Made by a program: the position numbers and the translations under genes. 64,000 nt of DNA from Candidatus Nomurabacteria bacterium (GTDB lineage: Bacteria; Patescibacteriota; Minisyncoccia; Phycocordibacterales; UBA5272): assembly GCA_029288775.1 (NCBI GenBank), contig JARIGQ010000006.1, positions 64,120 through 128,119 on the forward strand, written 5' to 3'. Position 1 is the stretch's first letter; the number at the start of each line of letters is the position of its first letter. Positions 38,618 through 48,314 of the stretch are shown piece after piece. The notes below the pieces were generated by a model. The model was given only the letters and a program-made list of their open reading frames with translations. It did not search any database and was not told where the DNA came from.

Positions 38618-38965
38618 TTATGCGTTTACCGTATCAATGATTCGCTTGAAGCTTGTAGGATTTTCTGCTGCAAGCTCTGCGAGCATTTTGCGGTTGATCA
38701 CAATGCCTTTCTTTGCTGCTTTGCCAATAAAGACGCTATAGGTGATTCCGTTTTCACGAAGTCCTGCGTTGAGGCGGGTGGTCCATAGACGACGCATATC
38801 GGTTTTCTTGTCCTTACGGTGAGCAAATGCATAGGCACCTGCTTTGCGAAGGGCTACCTTTGCTTCAATTTCCTTCTTGCTTCGTCCGAAACGGAAGCCT
38901 TTCGCGCGCGAAAGAACATTTCGGCGGTGCTTCATCGCAATTTTGCTTCGTTTTACGCGTGACAT
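38618..38965 (-). CDS. rplT: 50S ribosomal protein L20
   Basis: MSRVKRSKIAMKHRRNVLSRAKGFRFGRSK canonical bL20. Confidence 0.95.
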   Translation of the reverse strand: MSRVKRSKIAMKHRRNVLSRAKGFRFGRSKKEIEAKVALRKAGAYAFAHRKDKKTDMRRLWTTRLNAGLRENGITYSVFIGKAAKKGIVINRKMLAELAAENPTSFKRIIDTVNA

Positions 38966-39006
38966 GGTGAGTGATTAAAAAACTGGTAAATGCTTATAGA
39001 TAACGA

Positions 39007-39195
39007 TTATAGAAGACCAGGGAGAAAGCGCGACTTTTCCTTACCTGTCATGGCGAATTCCTGTCCACGCTTAGCATTAAGCTGCTTGCGGCGGGAAGCC
39101 TTGGCATTGAAGTGGTTAAGGCCTGGCTTGCGTGCAATGATCTTGCCGTTCTTCGTCACCTTGAGGCGCTTAAGGAATGATTTGTTGGTCTTCAT
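39007..39195 (-). CDS. rpmI: 50S ribosomal protein L35
   Basis: MKTNKSFLKRLKVTKNGKIIARKPG... Confidence 0.9.
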   Translation of the reverse strand: MKTNKSFLKRLKVTKNGKIIARKPGLNHFNAKASRRKQLNAKRGQEFAMTGKEKSRFLPGLL

Positions 39196-39261
39196 GATGT
39201 TTCCGTACCTATAAAGATAGTTTCGCTATTCTAGCACGTATTTTGCGCCAGATCAAGGCTT

Positions 39262-39774
39262 TTAGCGGGCCTTTTCAATAACGATCATCATCGACTTAGG
39301 GATCTTCTTCAAAGGTTCAGCTACCTTGTACTCTGCGGGTATGACCGCCAAGATACGCTCCATGCGTTCCTTAAGGAAAGCTTCTTCCATGTATTTGGTT
39401 CGTCCTTTGAGTTGGAGTTCAATTTTGACCCGATGACCTTCCTTGATCCATTCTGCCGCCTGCTTTGCCTTAATCATAATGTCATGTTCCCCAATGGAGA
39501 CCGAGATCTGAATGTTTTTGGTTTCCGTAACGTGGGCACGAGCCTTTACCTCTTTCTGTTTCTTCGACATTTCATAGGTGTATTTACCATAATCGGCAAT
39601 ACGTGCTACAGGCGGGTCTGCTTGCGGAGAAACTTCTATGAGATCTAAACCAGCAAGCTTAGCTTGCTCGAGGGCGTCTTCTTTGGTGAGAACGCCGAGA
39701 TTTTCGCCTTGAGCTCCGATGACACGGAGCTTAGGTGCGCGAATGTTATTGTTGATGCTTACTTTGTCTGCCAA
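39262..39774 (-). CDS. infC: translation initiation factor IF-3
   Basis: INNNIRAPKLRVIGAQGENLGV...DLIEVSP... canonical IF3 N- and C-domains. Confidence 0.9.
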   Translation of the reverse strand: MADKVSINNNIRAPKLRVIGAQGENLGVLTKEDALEQAKLAGLDLIEVSPQADPPVARIADYGKYTYEMSKKQKEVKARAHVTETKNIQISVSIGEHDIMIKAKQAAEWIKEGHRVKIELQLKGRTKYMEEAFLKERMERILAVIPAEYKVAEPLKKIPKSMMIVIEKAR

Positions 39775-39888
39775 AATGGTTTATTGATTAGGAATTAGTA
39801 GGTTAATACTACCAAATTAAGAGGTAGAAGACAACAAGGTGGGTGAGGTGTCAAAAAAACAGCGCCCTGCGGCGCTGTTGCTTCAACC

Positions 39889-40185
39889 TCAATCCTTGGT
39901 GTAGCTCGGAGGGTCGGTATTCTTCTCCGGCCAATGAACGGTGTAGCCGCGTTCTTTCCACCACTTTTCCGCAATAGGAGTGATGTAAGTGTCCCACTGC
40001 CGAACGAGGCCATACACCCTTTGTTTATCCACCTCGCGCATTACTTCGAAGCAGTCTGGGTGGTTACGCATGTTATTGTTTCTTATCCACTCCAATCGAA
40101 GCTGTTCGGCGTACTCTCTCCATTCTCGATCGTGCTGACGGAATTCGGCTTCCTGTGTTTGCTGCGTGGAGGCTTCAGTTTTCAT
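39889..40185 (-). CDS. GC-rich small hypothetical protein next to the ssrA 3' end
   Basis: 98 aa, about 55% GC, AAGGAGTT SD 6 nt upstream, own terminator at 39852-39882. Confidence 0.4.
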   Translation of the reverse strand: MKTEASTQQTQEAEFRQHDREWREYAEQLRLEWIRNNNMRNHPDCFEVMREVDKQRVYGLVRQWDTYITPIAEKWWKERGYTVHWPEKNTDPPSYTKD

Positions 40186-40299
40186 CGCTTAACTCCTTAT
40201 CTTAATCTGGAAGCACTCTAGTTCTTTTGATGGCGATTGTCAAAAGCTGCCTTTCGATTTCTCCACAAATGAAAAAACTCCCGCGGGAGTTTTTTCATT

Positions 40300-40686
40300 T
40301 GTGGAGATGGGCGGAATCGAACCGCCGTGTATATCGGTATGAAGCATGCATCTACTGTGCGTAGTTTGCTTTGTATGCCTGTATGCCATAGAAGCAAACG
40401 AAAGCGACATACAGGGTGCATGGATTAGTTCATTGCGCACCTCATGCGGAGTGCGCAACTACATCTGCTGTCATTATGCCGTACTCCTTCCCGCAGATGC
40501 GAAAGGGGACGACACCAGGTCGGCGTAAATTACGCGAACGCTGGAACAAGTCCATTCACGTAAGGTGATGGAATTGCCGCTGCAGTTTTGTTTGCAACAT
40601 GGATGGCAGAATGTTAACGAGTACTCTGCCTATCTCGGCATAGCACATACGTCATGGTCGATATATCAAAGCCAAAGATCATCCCC
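40300..40686 (-). ncRNA. ssrA: tmRNA (ssrA)
   Basis: minus strand 5'-GGGGAUGAUCUUUGGCUUUGA..UCGACC and 3'-GGCGGUUCGAUUCCGCCCAUCUCCA with a G3:U70 acceptor pair; putative tag ORF GCA AAC AAA ...GCG UUC GCG UAA (ANKTAAAIPSPYVNGLVPAFA); starts 2 nt after the smpB stop. Confidence 0.75.
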
Positions 40687-40687
40687 A

Positions 40688-41122
40688 TTATTCTCGTAGA
40701 CGCGTTTCGCGACGAGCAATTTCTTCTTTCACCTTTTCGCGTTTGTCGTGCTTCTGCAATTTTTTGCAAACAGCAACTTCACACTTGATCAGGTTTCTCA
40801 TAGAATACAATGAAATTGGGTGTAATGTCAAGGATTCTCGTGCTTCCTCTATGGCCAACTTTTGTAGCTCTCCTTTAGTAAGAAGAAGTTTGCGAGTGCG
40901 GTGTTCATCGTAAGATTTAGGTGTGTTAGCCGGCTGAAAGGGAGGTATATACGCTCCTACCAAAAACGCTTCGCCTCCACGAATAATCACTTTACTTCCT
41001 TCCAAGGAACCAAGTTTTTGGCGAAGTGATTTTACCTCAAAGCCTTCTAATTCTATGCCGGCAGAATAGGTATCGAGCACGTCGTACGTCATGCGCAATT
41101 TTTTATTTTCTACCAATTTCAT
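40688..41122 (-). CDS. smpB: SsrA-binding protein SmpB
   Basis: GIELEGFEVKSLR...LVGAYIPPF...LLLTKGELQKL canonical SmpB. Confidence 0.85.
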   Translation of the reverse strand: MKLVENKKLRMTYDVLDTYSAGIELEGFEVKSLRQKLGSLEGSKVIIRGGEAFLVGAYIPPFQPANTPKSYDEHRTRKLLLTKGELQKLAIEEARESLTLHPISLYSMRNLIKCEVAVCKKLQKHDKREKVKEEIARRETRLRE

Positions 41123-41155
41123 GGCCTCATTGTAGCATGTGCTAGTATTGATACT

Positions 41156-43066
41156 ATGGCTAAAGACACTAAGAAACAGCAAGGTAAATCAGGCTCTGGA
41201 AATAAATTTTCAGCGGTTAAAAAGGTGGGTGGCTTTTCACAACAGCTCATAGGAACGCTTATTATCTTTCTTTTTTTGGCGTGGGGGTATTCGCTCGTTG
41301 AAGACAAGGCTGCTACAGAAACGATTCCACTTTCGGAATTCGCTTCTCTGGTGACGAGGAACCAGATACGTTCGATACGTGTTCAAGGAGACACGCTTTT
41401 AGCTACTAAGACAGATAATTCTTTGGTATCGAGCAAGAAGGAGACCGGAGCTTCGGTTTTGGATACGCTTCGCAATTATGGTGTGAGTACTTCAACCCTT
41501 GCTTCTACTACTATTACAGTAGAGAGCGTGCGTGGTCTCTCATTCTGGGGATCTATTATTCCAATTGCACTCCCCATCCTTTTCTTCGGTTTTATGATTT
41601 GGTGGTTGGCCCGCGGTATCAAGGGGGCAAATATGCAGGCGCTTTCATTTGGGCAATCCCGCGCCAAGATGATTCATCCAGATGATGGGAAGCAAAAAGT
41701 TACATTCAAAGATGTAGCAGGTGCAAAGGAAGCCAAAGAAGAACTTATGGAAATTGTGGAATTTCTACGCAGTCCCAAGAAGTTTTTGGATATCGGTGCG
41801 GTGATCCCCAAAGGTGTACTTCTTATGGGTGCACCAGGAACGGGAAAAACCATGCTTGCGCGTGCTGTTGCAGGAGAAGCAGGTGTGCCATTCTTTCACT
41901 TGTCAGGCTCAGAGTTTGAAGAAATGTTCGTGGGAGTGGGGGCATCGCGTGTCCGAGATCTCTTTGATATGGCAAAGAAGTCTGCGCCGTCTATTATTTT
42001 TATTGATGAAATTGATGCCGTTGGACGCGCGCGTTCGCCTTCTATGGGGGGTCAGGGTGAAGCCCGTGAGCAAACGCTCAACCAAATTCTTGTAGAGATG
42101 GATGGATTTGAACAGACTGAGAACGTGATCGTCATGGCTGCAACTAACAGACCTGATGTGCTTGATCAAGCTCTTCTTCGTCCAGGGCGATTTGACCGTC
42201 GAGTAACACTTGATTTACCTGATCGTAATGACCGTGAATCAATTCTTCAGGTTCACATCAAGGCAAAGCCGCTTGCTGAAGATGTTAATCTTCGCGTCAT
42301 TGCTGAACGTACTCCAGGATTTTCAGGGGCTGATCTGTATTCACTGATGAATGAAGGAGCAATCTTGGCGGCACGTGAAGGAAGGAAGTCGGTTGCACAG
42401 TATGATCTCATTCGTGCAATAGAAAAGGTCATGCTCGGCCCTGAACGCAAAAGTCATGTGCTTTCACCGGAAGAGAAGAAGCTTACTGCATACCATGAAG
42501 CCGGACATGCCTTGGTTGCGTCGGTATTACCAAATGCGGACCCTGTACATAAGATTTCCATTATTGCTCGTGGACGTGCCGGAGGATACACGCTCAAGCT
42601 CCCGCTTGATGATAGGCGGCTGATGAGCAAAGGTGCATTTTTGGATGATATCGCTATGTCGCTTGGAGGATATGTTGCGGAGAAGGAAGTCTTTGGGGAT
42701 ATTACGACCGGCCCATCAAATGATCTTCAGGTGGCGACAGGTTTTGCTCGTGATATGGTGACTAAATACGGTATGTCTTCGCTCGGGCCGATTGCGCTTG
42801 TGGGAGATGGGCGCGCGTTCTTTGGAGGAGGGTTGTATGGAAAGGAATACAGCGAATCATTTGGTCAAAAGATTGATGAGGAAGTAAAGCGTATCATGGA
42901 CGAAGCGTGGGAGCGTGCGCGAGTGATTATCACGGAAAAACGTGCGGCACTCGATGCAATTGCAGAAGAGCTTATCAAGGTGGAAAATATCGAACGCGAA
43001 GAATTTGAAAAGATTCTTATCATGCATGGCATTAAGCCAAAACGAAAAGAAGAAGTGTTTGTGTAA
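41156..43066 (+). CDS. ftsH: ATP-dependent zinc metalloprotease FtsH
   Basis: [33 protein letters not shown] zinc motif. Confidence 0.9.
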   Translation: MAKDTKKQQGKSGSGNKFSAVKKVGGFSQQLIGTLIIFLFLAWGYSLVEDKAATETIPLSEFASLVTRNQIRSIRVQGDTLLATKTDNSLVSSKKETGASVLDTLRNYGVSTSTLASTTITVESVRGLSFWGSIIPIALPILFFGFMIWWLARGIKGANMQALSFGQSRAKMIHPDDGKQKVTFKDVAGAKEAKEELMEIVEFLRSPKKFLDIGAVIPKGVLLMGAPGTGKTMLARAVAGEAGVPFFHLSGSEFEEMFVGVGASRVRDLFDMAKKSAPSIIFIDEIDAVGRARSPSMGGQGEAREQTLNQILVEMDGFEQTENVIVMAATNRPDVLDQALLRPGRFDRRVTLDLPDRNDRESILQVHIKAKPLAEDVNLRVIAERTPGFSGADLYSLMNEGAILAAREGRKSVAQYDLIRAIEKVMLGPERKSHVLSPEEKKLTAYHEAGHALVASVLPNADPVHKISIIARGRAGGYTLKLPLDDRRLMSKGAFLDDIAMSLGGYVAEKEVFGDITTGPSNDLQVATGFARDMVTKYGMSSLGPIALVGDGRAFFGGGLYGKEYSESFGQKIDEEVKRIMDEAWERARVIITEKRAALDAIAEELIKVENIEREEFEKILIMHGIKPKRKEEVFV

Positions 43067-43107
43067 AAAGAAAGGCCGCCGTGAGGCGGTCTTTTGCTGC
43101 GGCGGGC

Positions 43108-43335
43108 TTACGTCGCAGCGTTCACGAAGCCGATGGCCTGGACAGTGGTCAACGACCGGGACTGCATGCTCCAGTTGCATGCCTGCGGCAGATTGGCAGC
43201 AGGGTTGTGCCAGTGGCCGGCACAGGAGTTCTGGGTGATCTTCCCTTTCGAGGGACAGCGGTCGTTGTTGATCTTCTTGTGGCAGTCGCTGTGGCCAGGG
43301 ACGCAGTTGCATTCCCGGAGTTTTCTTTCGTCCAT
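43108..43335 (-). CDS. GC-rich cysteine/histidine-rich small protein
   Basis: 75 aa with 7 Cys and 5 His (CNCVPGHSDCHKK...CPSKG...CAGHWHNP...C), about 60% GC, AGAGGAGT SD. Confidence 0.35.
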   Translation of the reverse strand: MDERKLRECNCVPGHSDCHKKINNDRCPSKGKITQNSCAGHWHNPAANLPQACNWSMQSRSLTTVQAIGFVNAAT

Positions 43336-43461
43336 CTGGGGACTCCTCTACTGTTAGTTTAAGAACAGAGGTTTATGATACCTCCATTTTCTATCCTACG
43401 ACTTTGAAAGTTTTCTGTAAAGATGTCATACGCACTCTTTTTTGTTATAGTTTGTAGCAAT

Positions 43462-43534
43462 GCATCCATAGCTCAGTTGGTAGAGCCGTCGTCTTATACA
43501 CGACTGGTCCCTGGTTCGAGTCCAGGTGGATGCA
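43462..43534 (+). tRNA. tRNA-Ile with anticodon UAU (AUA-decoding)
   Basis: cloverleaf folds cleanly: acceptor GCATCCA/TGGATGC, D GCTC/GAGC, anticodon stem GTCGT/ACGAC with loop cTTATAc, T-loop TTCGAGT; CCA not encoded. Confidence 0.75.
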
Positions 43535-43561
43535 CAAAAGTACGTTTGCTATACTGTGTGC

Positions 43562-43927
43562 ATGTTCAATATCTGGCCCTATCTTCTTCGCCTTGCGGTT
43601 GCATTGGAATTTATTTATCCGCACGGCATTGCTCTCATGCAGGGGGCTAAGAAAGTGAAGCTTGCTGTGTTTGCGTGTGTGAATGAGTATATTCCAACGA
43701 CTATTGCTTTTACTCTGTGGCATTCTTTCTTTGTTATCTTGGGAATACTTATTCTTATTTGGCCGCGTCCTATTTTGCCACTTATTATTGCACTCATTAT
43801 TCTCTCTTCTGAGCTTTATATTAATTTTGCACAGCATAGCTATACGGTCATGAATATGCTCCTCTTTATTTTGCTTCTCGTGACACTCGCGCTCATCATC
43901 TATCACTCTCGTCCGCAGTTCAGGTAA
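43562..43927 (+). CDS. membrane protein, unknown function
   Basis: hydrophobic 121-aa ORF (Met at 43562). Confidence 0.4.
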   Translation: MFNIWPYLLRLAVALEFIYPHGIALMQGAKKVKLAVFACVNEYIPTTIAFTLWHSFFVILGILILIWPRPILPLIIALIILSSELYINFAQHSYTVMNMLLFILLLVTLALIIYHSRPQFR

Positions 43928-43928
43928 C

Positions 43929-46091
43929 ATGCGCCTGAATGATCCCATTTCCTCATTAGGTCGCATCAACGAAACGCATGCTGATGCTTTCAAGCGTTTA
44001 AAGATTGCCACACTCCGTGATCTTCTTTTTCACTTTCCTGTTCGCTATGCGGATTCGCGTGAAGTGACTGCGGCGACGAATCTCGAAAAAGGCAAACCTG
44101 TTACCGTCTATGGCATCATGGAGAAGGTGCAAGTACGTAGAAGTTTTAAGGGTCATATTCCTATGACGGAGGCGCGCATTGCGGATCAAACAGGGGGAGT
44201 GCGTGCGGTGTGGTTCAACCAGGCGTACATCGGCAAAATGTATCCGGATGGAACGCGCGTAAAAGTAAGCGGGATAGTACATGAAGATAAAAAGGGGTTT
44301 TCCCTTTCCAATCCATCGATTGAGCGGGCGCCGGATATCATTCCAGATGCAGACAATTCGCTCTTCCAAGAGCATGTAGCCCCTGAATTTCTTATTCCCG
44401 TGTATCGGGAAACTAAAGGGATCACGAGCAATTATCTTTATACGCTTATCAAGAAGGCTGTAGCAGGGGGCATTCTAGACACTGTTGAGGACCCCATACC
44501 GCCGCACATCTCAAAGAAGCTCAGCTTGCCCGAGCTCAAGGATGCACTTCTTTTTATTCATTTTCCAAAAGAAGAAAAATGGACAATAGCTGCTCGTAAA
44601 CGTTTCGCTTTTGAGGAAATTTTTTATATGCAGCTCAAGCAGCAAAAGGAACGCATGCTTGCCAGAAACTCGCTTGCGTATACAGTGACTGCGTCTGACG
44701 AAGACGTAGGAGATTTTATGGATTCTTTTTCTTTTGTTCCAACACAGGCGCAAAAAGATGCAGTTGCTTCTATTCTTAAAGATCTTAAGGCGAACTTCCC
44801 CATGGGACGATTGTTGGAAGGGGATGTGGGAAGCGGTAAGACGTTTGTTGGAGCTACGGCGGCATATGCAACGCTTCTTACCGAAAGTAGTAAAGGCGGT
44901 CAATCACTTCAAGTGGCCTATATGGCGCCTACGGAAATCCTTGCAAAGCAGCATTTTGAAAGCTTCATTCAGTATTTTGAAGGCACAGGAGCAGAAATCG
45001 GTTTGCTTACAGGAAGCGGGTGTAAAAAATTCCCAAGTAAGTCTGATCCGTCAGGGTATACGGATATTTCACGAACGCAACTTATCAAGTGGCTTGAAGA
45101 GGGTCGTGTTTCTATTGTTGTTGGTACCCATGCGCTTATTCAAAAGTCTGTGACCTTTGCACATCTTGGACTCGTGATTATCGACGAGCAGCATCGGTTC
45201 GGTGTAAAACAACGTAAAGCCCTTGCAGAGAAGAAGGGTCGCACACGACGCGAACTTCCTCATCTTTTGTCTATGACAGCAACGCCTATTCCGCGTACGC
45301 TTGCGCTTACTATGTTTGGGGATTTGGATCTTACTGTGATTGATGAAATGCCAAAGGAACGCAAAAAAATTATCACTGAAGTCGTTGCTACGTATAAACG
45401 CAAAGACGTATATGAACATATGCGAAATGAGTTAGCGGCTGGTCGTCAGGCTTATGTCATTTGTCCTCGCATTGACGAGCAGGACGAAGAAGAGCAACAA
45501 AAGAGAATGCTAAAGAGCGTGAAAGAAGAGGCTAAGCGGTTAGGTGAAGAAATCTTCCCTGAGTTTGTTGTTGATATCCTGCACAGCAAAATGAAGAAAG
45601 AGGAGAAGGAAGAAGTGATGCAGGATTTTTTGGCAAAGAAATCCAATATTTTGGTTGCTACTTCAGTGGTTGAAGTGGGGGTGAATGTTCCGAATGCTAC
45701 CGTGATGATTATTGAGCATGCGGATCGGTTCGGTTTGGCTCAGCTCCATCAGCTTCGCGGTCGGGTAGGAAGAAGTCATCACCAGTCATATTGTTACTTA
45801 TTTACCGAAAGCGATGGTGAAGCTACCATGCGCCGTCTCAAGCATCTTGTTGAAGCAAAGAATGGTTTTGAATTGGCTGAACTTGATATGCAATCACGCG
45901 GCATTGGAACACTTATGGATGGTAAGCAGTGGGGGATGAGCGATTTGGCAATGGAAGCAATCAAAAACCCTAAGCTTGTAGAAATTGCTCGTGCTGAAGC
46001 CAAAGAATTGATTGAACATGATCCCGATTTGGAAAGTTATCCAGATTTGGCAGAACTGGTACTCAAACGCGAGACGGTGCATATGGAGTAG
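43929..46091 (+). CDS. recG: ATP-dependent DNA helicase RecG
   Basis: wedge/OB N-terminus, GDVGSGKT Walker A, DEQHRFG, QLRGRVGR motifs. Confidence 0.85.
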   Translation: MRLNDPISSLGRINETHADAFKRLKIATLRDLLFHFPVRYADSREVTAATNLEKGKPVTVYGIMEKVQVRRSFKGHIPMTEARIADQTGGVRAVWFNQAYIGKMYPDGTRVKVSGIVHEDKKGFSLSNPSIERAPDIIPDADNSLFQEHVAPEFLIPVYRETKGITSNYLYTLIKKAVAGGILDTVEDPIPPHISKKLSLPELKDALLFIHFPKEEKWTIAARKRFAFEEIFYMQLKQQKERMLARNSLAYTVTASDEDVGDFMDSFSFVPTQAQKDAVASILKDLKANFPMGRLLEGDVGSGKTFVGATAAYATLLTESSKGGQSLQVAYMAPTEILAKQHFESFIQYFEGTGAEIGLLTGSGCKKFPSKSDPSGYTDISRTQLIKWLEEGRVSIVVGTHALIQKSVTFAHLGLVIIDEQHRFGVKQRKALAEKKGRTRRELPHLLSMTATPIPRTLALTMFGDLDLTVIDEMPKERKKIITEVVATYKRKDVYEHMRNELAAGRQAYVICPRIDEQDEEEQQKRMLKSVKEEAKRLGEEIFPEFVVDILHSKMKKEEKEEVMQDFLAKKSNILVATSVVEVGVNVPNATVMIIEHADRFGLAQLHQLRGRVGRSHHQSYCYLFTESDGEATMRRLKHLVEAKNGFELAELDMQSRGIGTLMDGKQWGMSDLAMEAIKNPKLVEIARAEAKELIEHDPDLESYPDLAELVLKRETVHME

Positions 46092-46119
46092 TTTCAGTAG
46101 GAAGGCAAGAGGAAAGAGT

Positions 46120-46469
46120 TTAGAGGAGTTTCTTTATTAAAGAGTGAATCATTTTTGCTATTTCATCAATTTCTTTTGAAAGAGGTTTCAAATCAGTTTT
46201 GGAAATATATCCAAGTTCGAAGGCTATGATTTTTTGAGTTTCAAGTTCTGCTAAAGAGCCCAACGAGATATGGAGAAATGTTTAAAGTCCTTATTTGTAG
46301 ATCTCTTATTTCCTTCTGCAATGTTAGACGCTATTGAAACTACCGCTCTACACATTTGGCCTACAAGGCTGTACTTTTATGATGCGGGGAATTTTTCTGT
46401 AAGCATATAAATGCTTTTAGCGATTGCTACAGATCTCTGCCAGACAACCAGGTTTTTATATTCAGTCAT
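46120..46469 (-). pseudogene. four-helix-bundle protein (23S rRNA intervening-sequence protein family) pseudogene
   Basis: minus-strand translation MTEYKNLVVWQRSVAIAKSIYMLTEKFPAS*KYSLVGQMCRAVVSIASNIAEGNKRSTNKDFKHF then (+2 frame) FLHISLGSLAELETQKIIAFELGYISKTDL...: one in-frame TAA and one frameshift. Confidence 0.55.
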
Positions 46470-46516
46470 TCTCTCTTAACTCTAGACTCTTTCCTCTTAT
46501 CGCATTACTGCACAAT

Positions 46517-48229
46517 TTACCCTTCGTTGTTTTTTGAGGTAATAATACGAATGGTAGAAGTTGAAGTTGCTCCAGAACAGGAAAGTGTAAAGTCTGTAGT
46601 GAAGCTCATCTGGAGTGTTTTCTTTCCAAGCGCTTTGTTGGCTGAAGTAGGGGAGACACTATGGAGAGCGGATGCCATTGCTCGTGAGGCACCATACGGG
46701 TCATTGCTATCGGTGGTGCTTGAAGCGAAGGTGGTATTAATTGATGCCGCGTCCGTGATTTGTGCTTGACTACATGATCCTCCAGTACATACAGGGACTG
46801 CTTTCACTGTACAGGACATAGATGGATTTAGGATAGACCACGTAAAGGTAACTTTGCCACCTTTTTCTACAGTACGCGGAGTAGCGTTAAGTGAGAGACC
46901 TGAGGGTTGGGCATTAGGGCTATAATAAACCACTTTCGTGTCAGTTCCGTTCGTGTTTTCACAAGAATAGCTGTAGTTTCCTTCAGTAGAAGGCAACAGA
47001 TAGTGAACTGCGCCTGTGTAGTTTTGCTTATTTACAAGCGTTACTCCATCACGCGAGATTGAATAGGTTTGAGTGGAGGCATTACATGTAAAGTCGAGAT
47101 AGCATGGAGAAGAATAGTTGCAGCTTAATCCACCGCCGGTAATAGAAGGAAGATTAGGTGCACAAGCATTACCATTCCAGGAAGAATTAGAAGCACAAGA
47201 TACAGTGATGGTTTTTGAATCCAAGACGACATTATTGTGCTTGAGGTTGAAGGTATAGCTACCTGTTCCTTGCAGGTTAATTGTTGTAGCACCGCTATTA
47301 CCTGTTCCGCCTGCTATTGTTCCAAAAGGACTATACCCTCGCTCTACTGTTACTGTGTTTGTTGCGTTCTGCGTTGTCCAGCTGATTGGAACCCCAGAGC
47401 ACGTTGCGCTGCTTGCAGGAATGGTACATGTTGAGGTAATGCTAAGCGATCCAGTCACCGTAGGACTAGATACGGTAATTGCTGTCCACGTTCCGCAATT
47501 ATTAGTTTCATTTGATTCGACAATTACTCCAGCATTAGAAGCTGAGCTTTTATCGGCACAGGCTCTAATATAATAGGTACCCGCTGAAAAGACTTTTTGA
47601 AGAGTTGCAGTATTGTTTGTAGACATTGCAAGCGGAGCATTGAATACAGATGTACCAATATCTGTTACTCCAACCCCGTTACCATTTACGTCTACACTTG
47701 TGGCTTGTTGGAAGAGATTAGTGAATCCGCTTCCCGTGCTTCCTCCTCCAATATTATAGATAGTTGCCGACAGGGTGGTTGTGCTATTGGCAAGACTTGT
47801 GGTAGGAGTAATTCCGCTAGATACAAGATCCGGGGTTGCGCTGACGCACTGAGTTCCATTCCAAACCAAAGGTGTAAGGCAGTCGTTTACTTGGAGAGTT
47901 GTCTGGCCAAAAGCGTCTTGAGCACCGTTTATGTTGTAGTGTCTGCAATAAAAAGTATAACTACCTACCTGTTTAGGTACAATTGAAACACTTCCTGAAG
48001 ATGATGACCCTCCAGCGGTGATCCAGGTAGTGTAAACGGTATCCCCTGAACTAGGGTAATCGGTACTAGGGCTACATGAAAGACCATTAGTTACTCTCCA
48101 ATTTAAAATAGCGGTATCACCCCGGTAAACAGTTTTGTCTGCTGGAAGGGGACCACCTCCTGCAAAAAGCGAAATGGGAAATAACCCTACAACGGTTAAA
48201 AGGAGATATAACCCTATTTTTGTTTTCAT
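46517..48229 (-). CDS. large secreted Ser/Thr/Gly-rich surface protein
   Basis: signal peptide MKTKIGLYLLLTVVGLFPISLFAGGG; 570 aa of low-complexity beta-rich sequence. Confidence 0.5.
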   Translation of the reverse strand: MKTKIGLYLLLTVVGLFPISLFAGGGPLPADKTVYRGDTAILNWRVTNGLSCSPSTDYPSSGDTVYTTWITAGGSSSSGSVSIVPKQVGSYTFYCRHYNINGAQDAFGQTTLQVNDCLTPLVWNGTQCVSATPDLVSSGITPTTSLANSTTTLSATIYNIGGGSTGSGFTNLFQQATSVDVNGNGVGVTDIGTSVFNAPLAMSTNNTATLQKVFSAGTYYIRACADKSSASNAGVIVESNETNNCGTWTAITVSSPTVTGSLSITSTCTIPASSATCSGVPISWTTQNATNTVTVERGYSPFGTIAGGTGNSGATTINLQGTGSYTFNLKHNNVVLDSKTITVSCASNSSWNGNACAPNLPSITGGGLSCNYSSPCYLDFTCNASTQTYSISRDGVTLVNKQNYTGAVHYLLPSTEGNYSYSCENTNGTDTKVVYYSPNAQPSGLSLNATPRTVEKGGKVTFTWSILNPSMSCTVKAVPVCTGGSCSQAQITDAASINTTFASSTTDSNDPYGASRAMASALHSVSPTSANKALGKKTLQMSFTTDFTLSCSGATSTSTIRIITSKNNEG

Positions 48230-48314
48230 CTACTTAGTATAGCTGTGCTCTTTAATAAAAAAAGAGCTCAATTAACAGTTGTCTGTCAATTGAGCTCTTT
48301 GTGATTGCTGCTGG

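Noticed and set aside
39852-39882. Palindrome AAAAAACAGCGCCCTGCGGCGCTGTTGC as a protein-binding site
   Set aside because: It is followed or preceded by T/A runs on both strands and sits between convergent genes, so it is more simply a bidirectional terminator.
40218-40528. Small ORFs on both strands inside the tmRNA
   Set aside because: Region is explained by ssrA secondary structure; ORFs are spurious apart from the internal tag frame.
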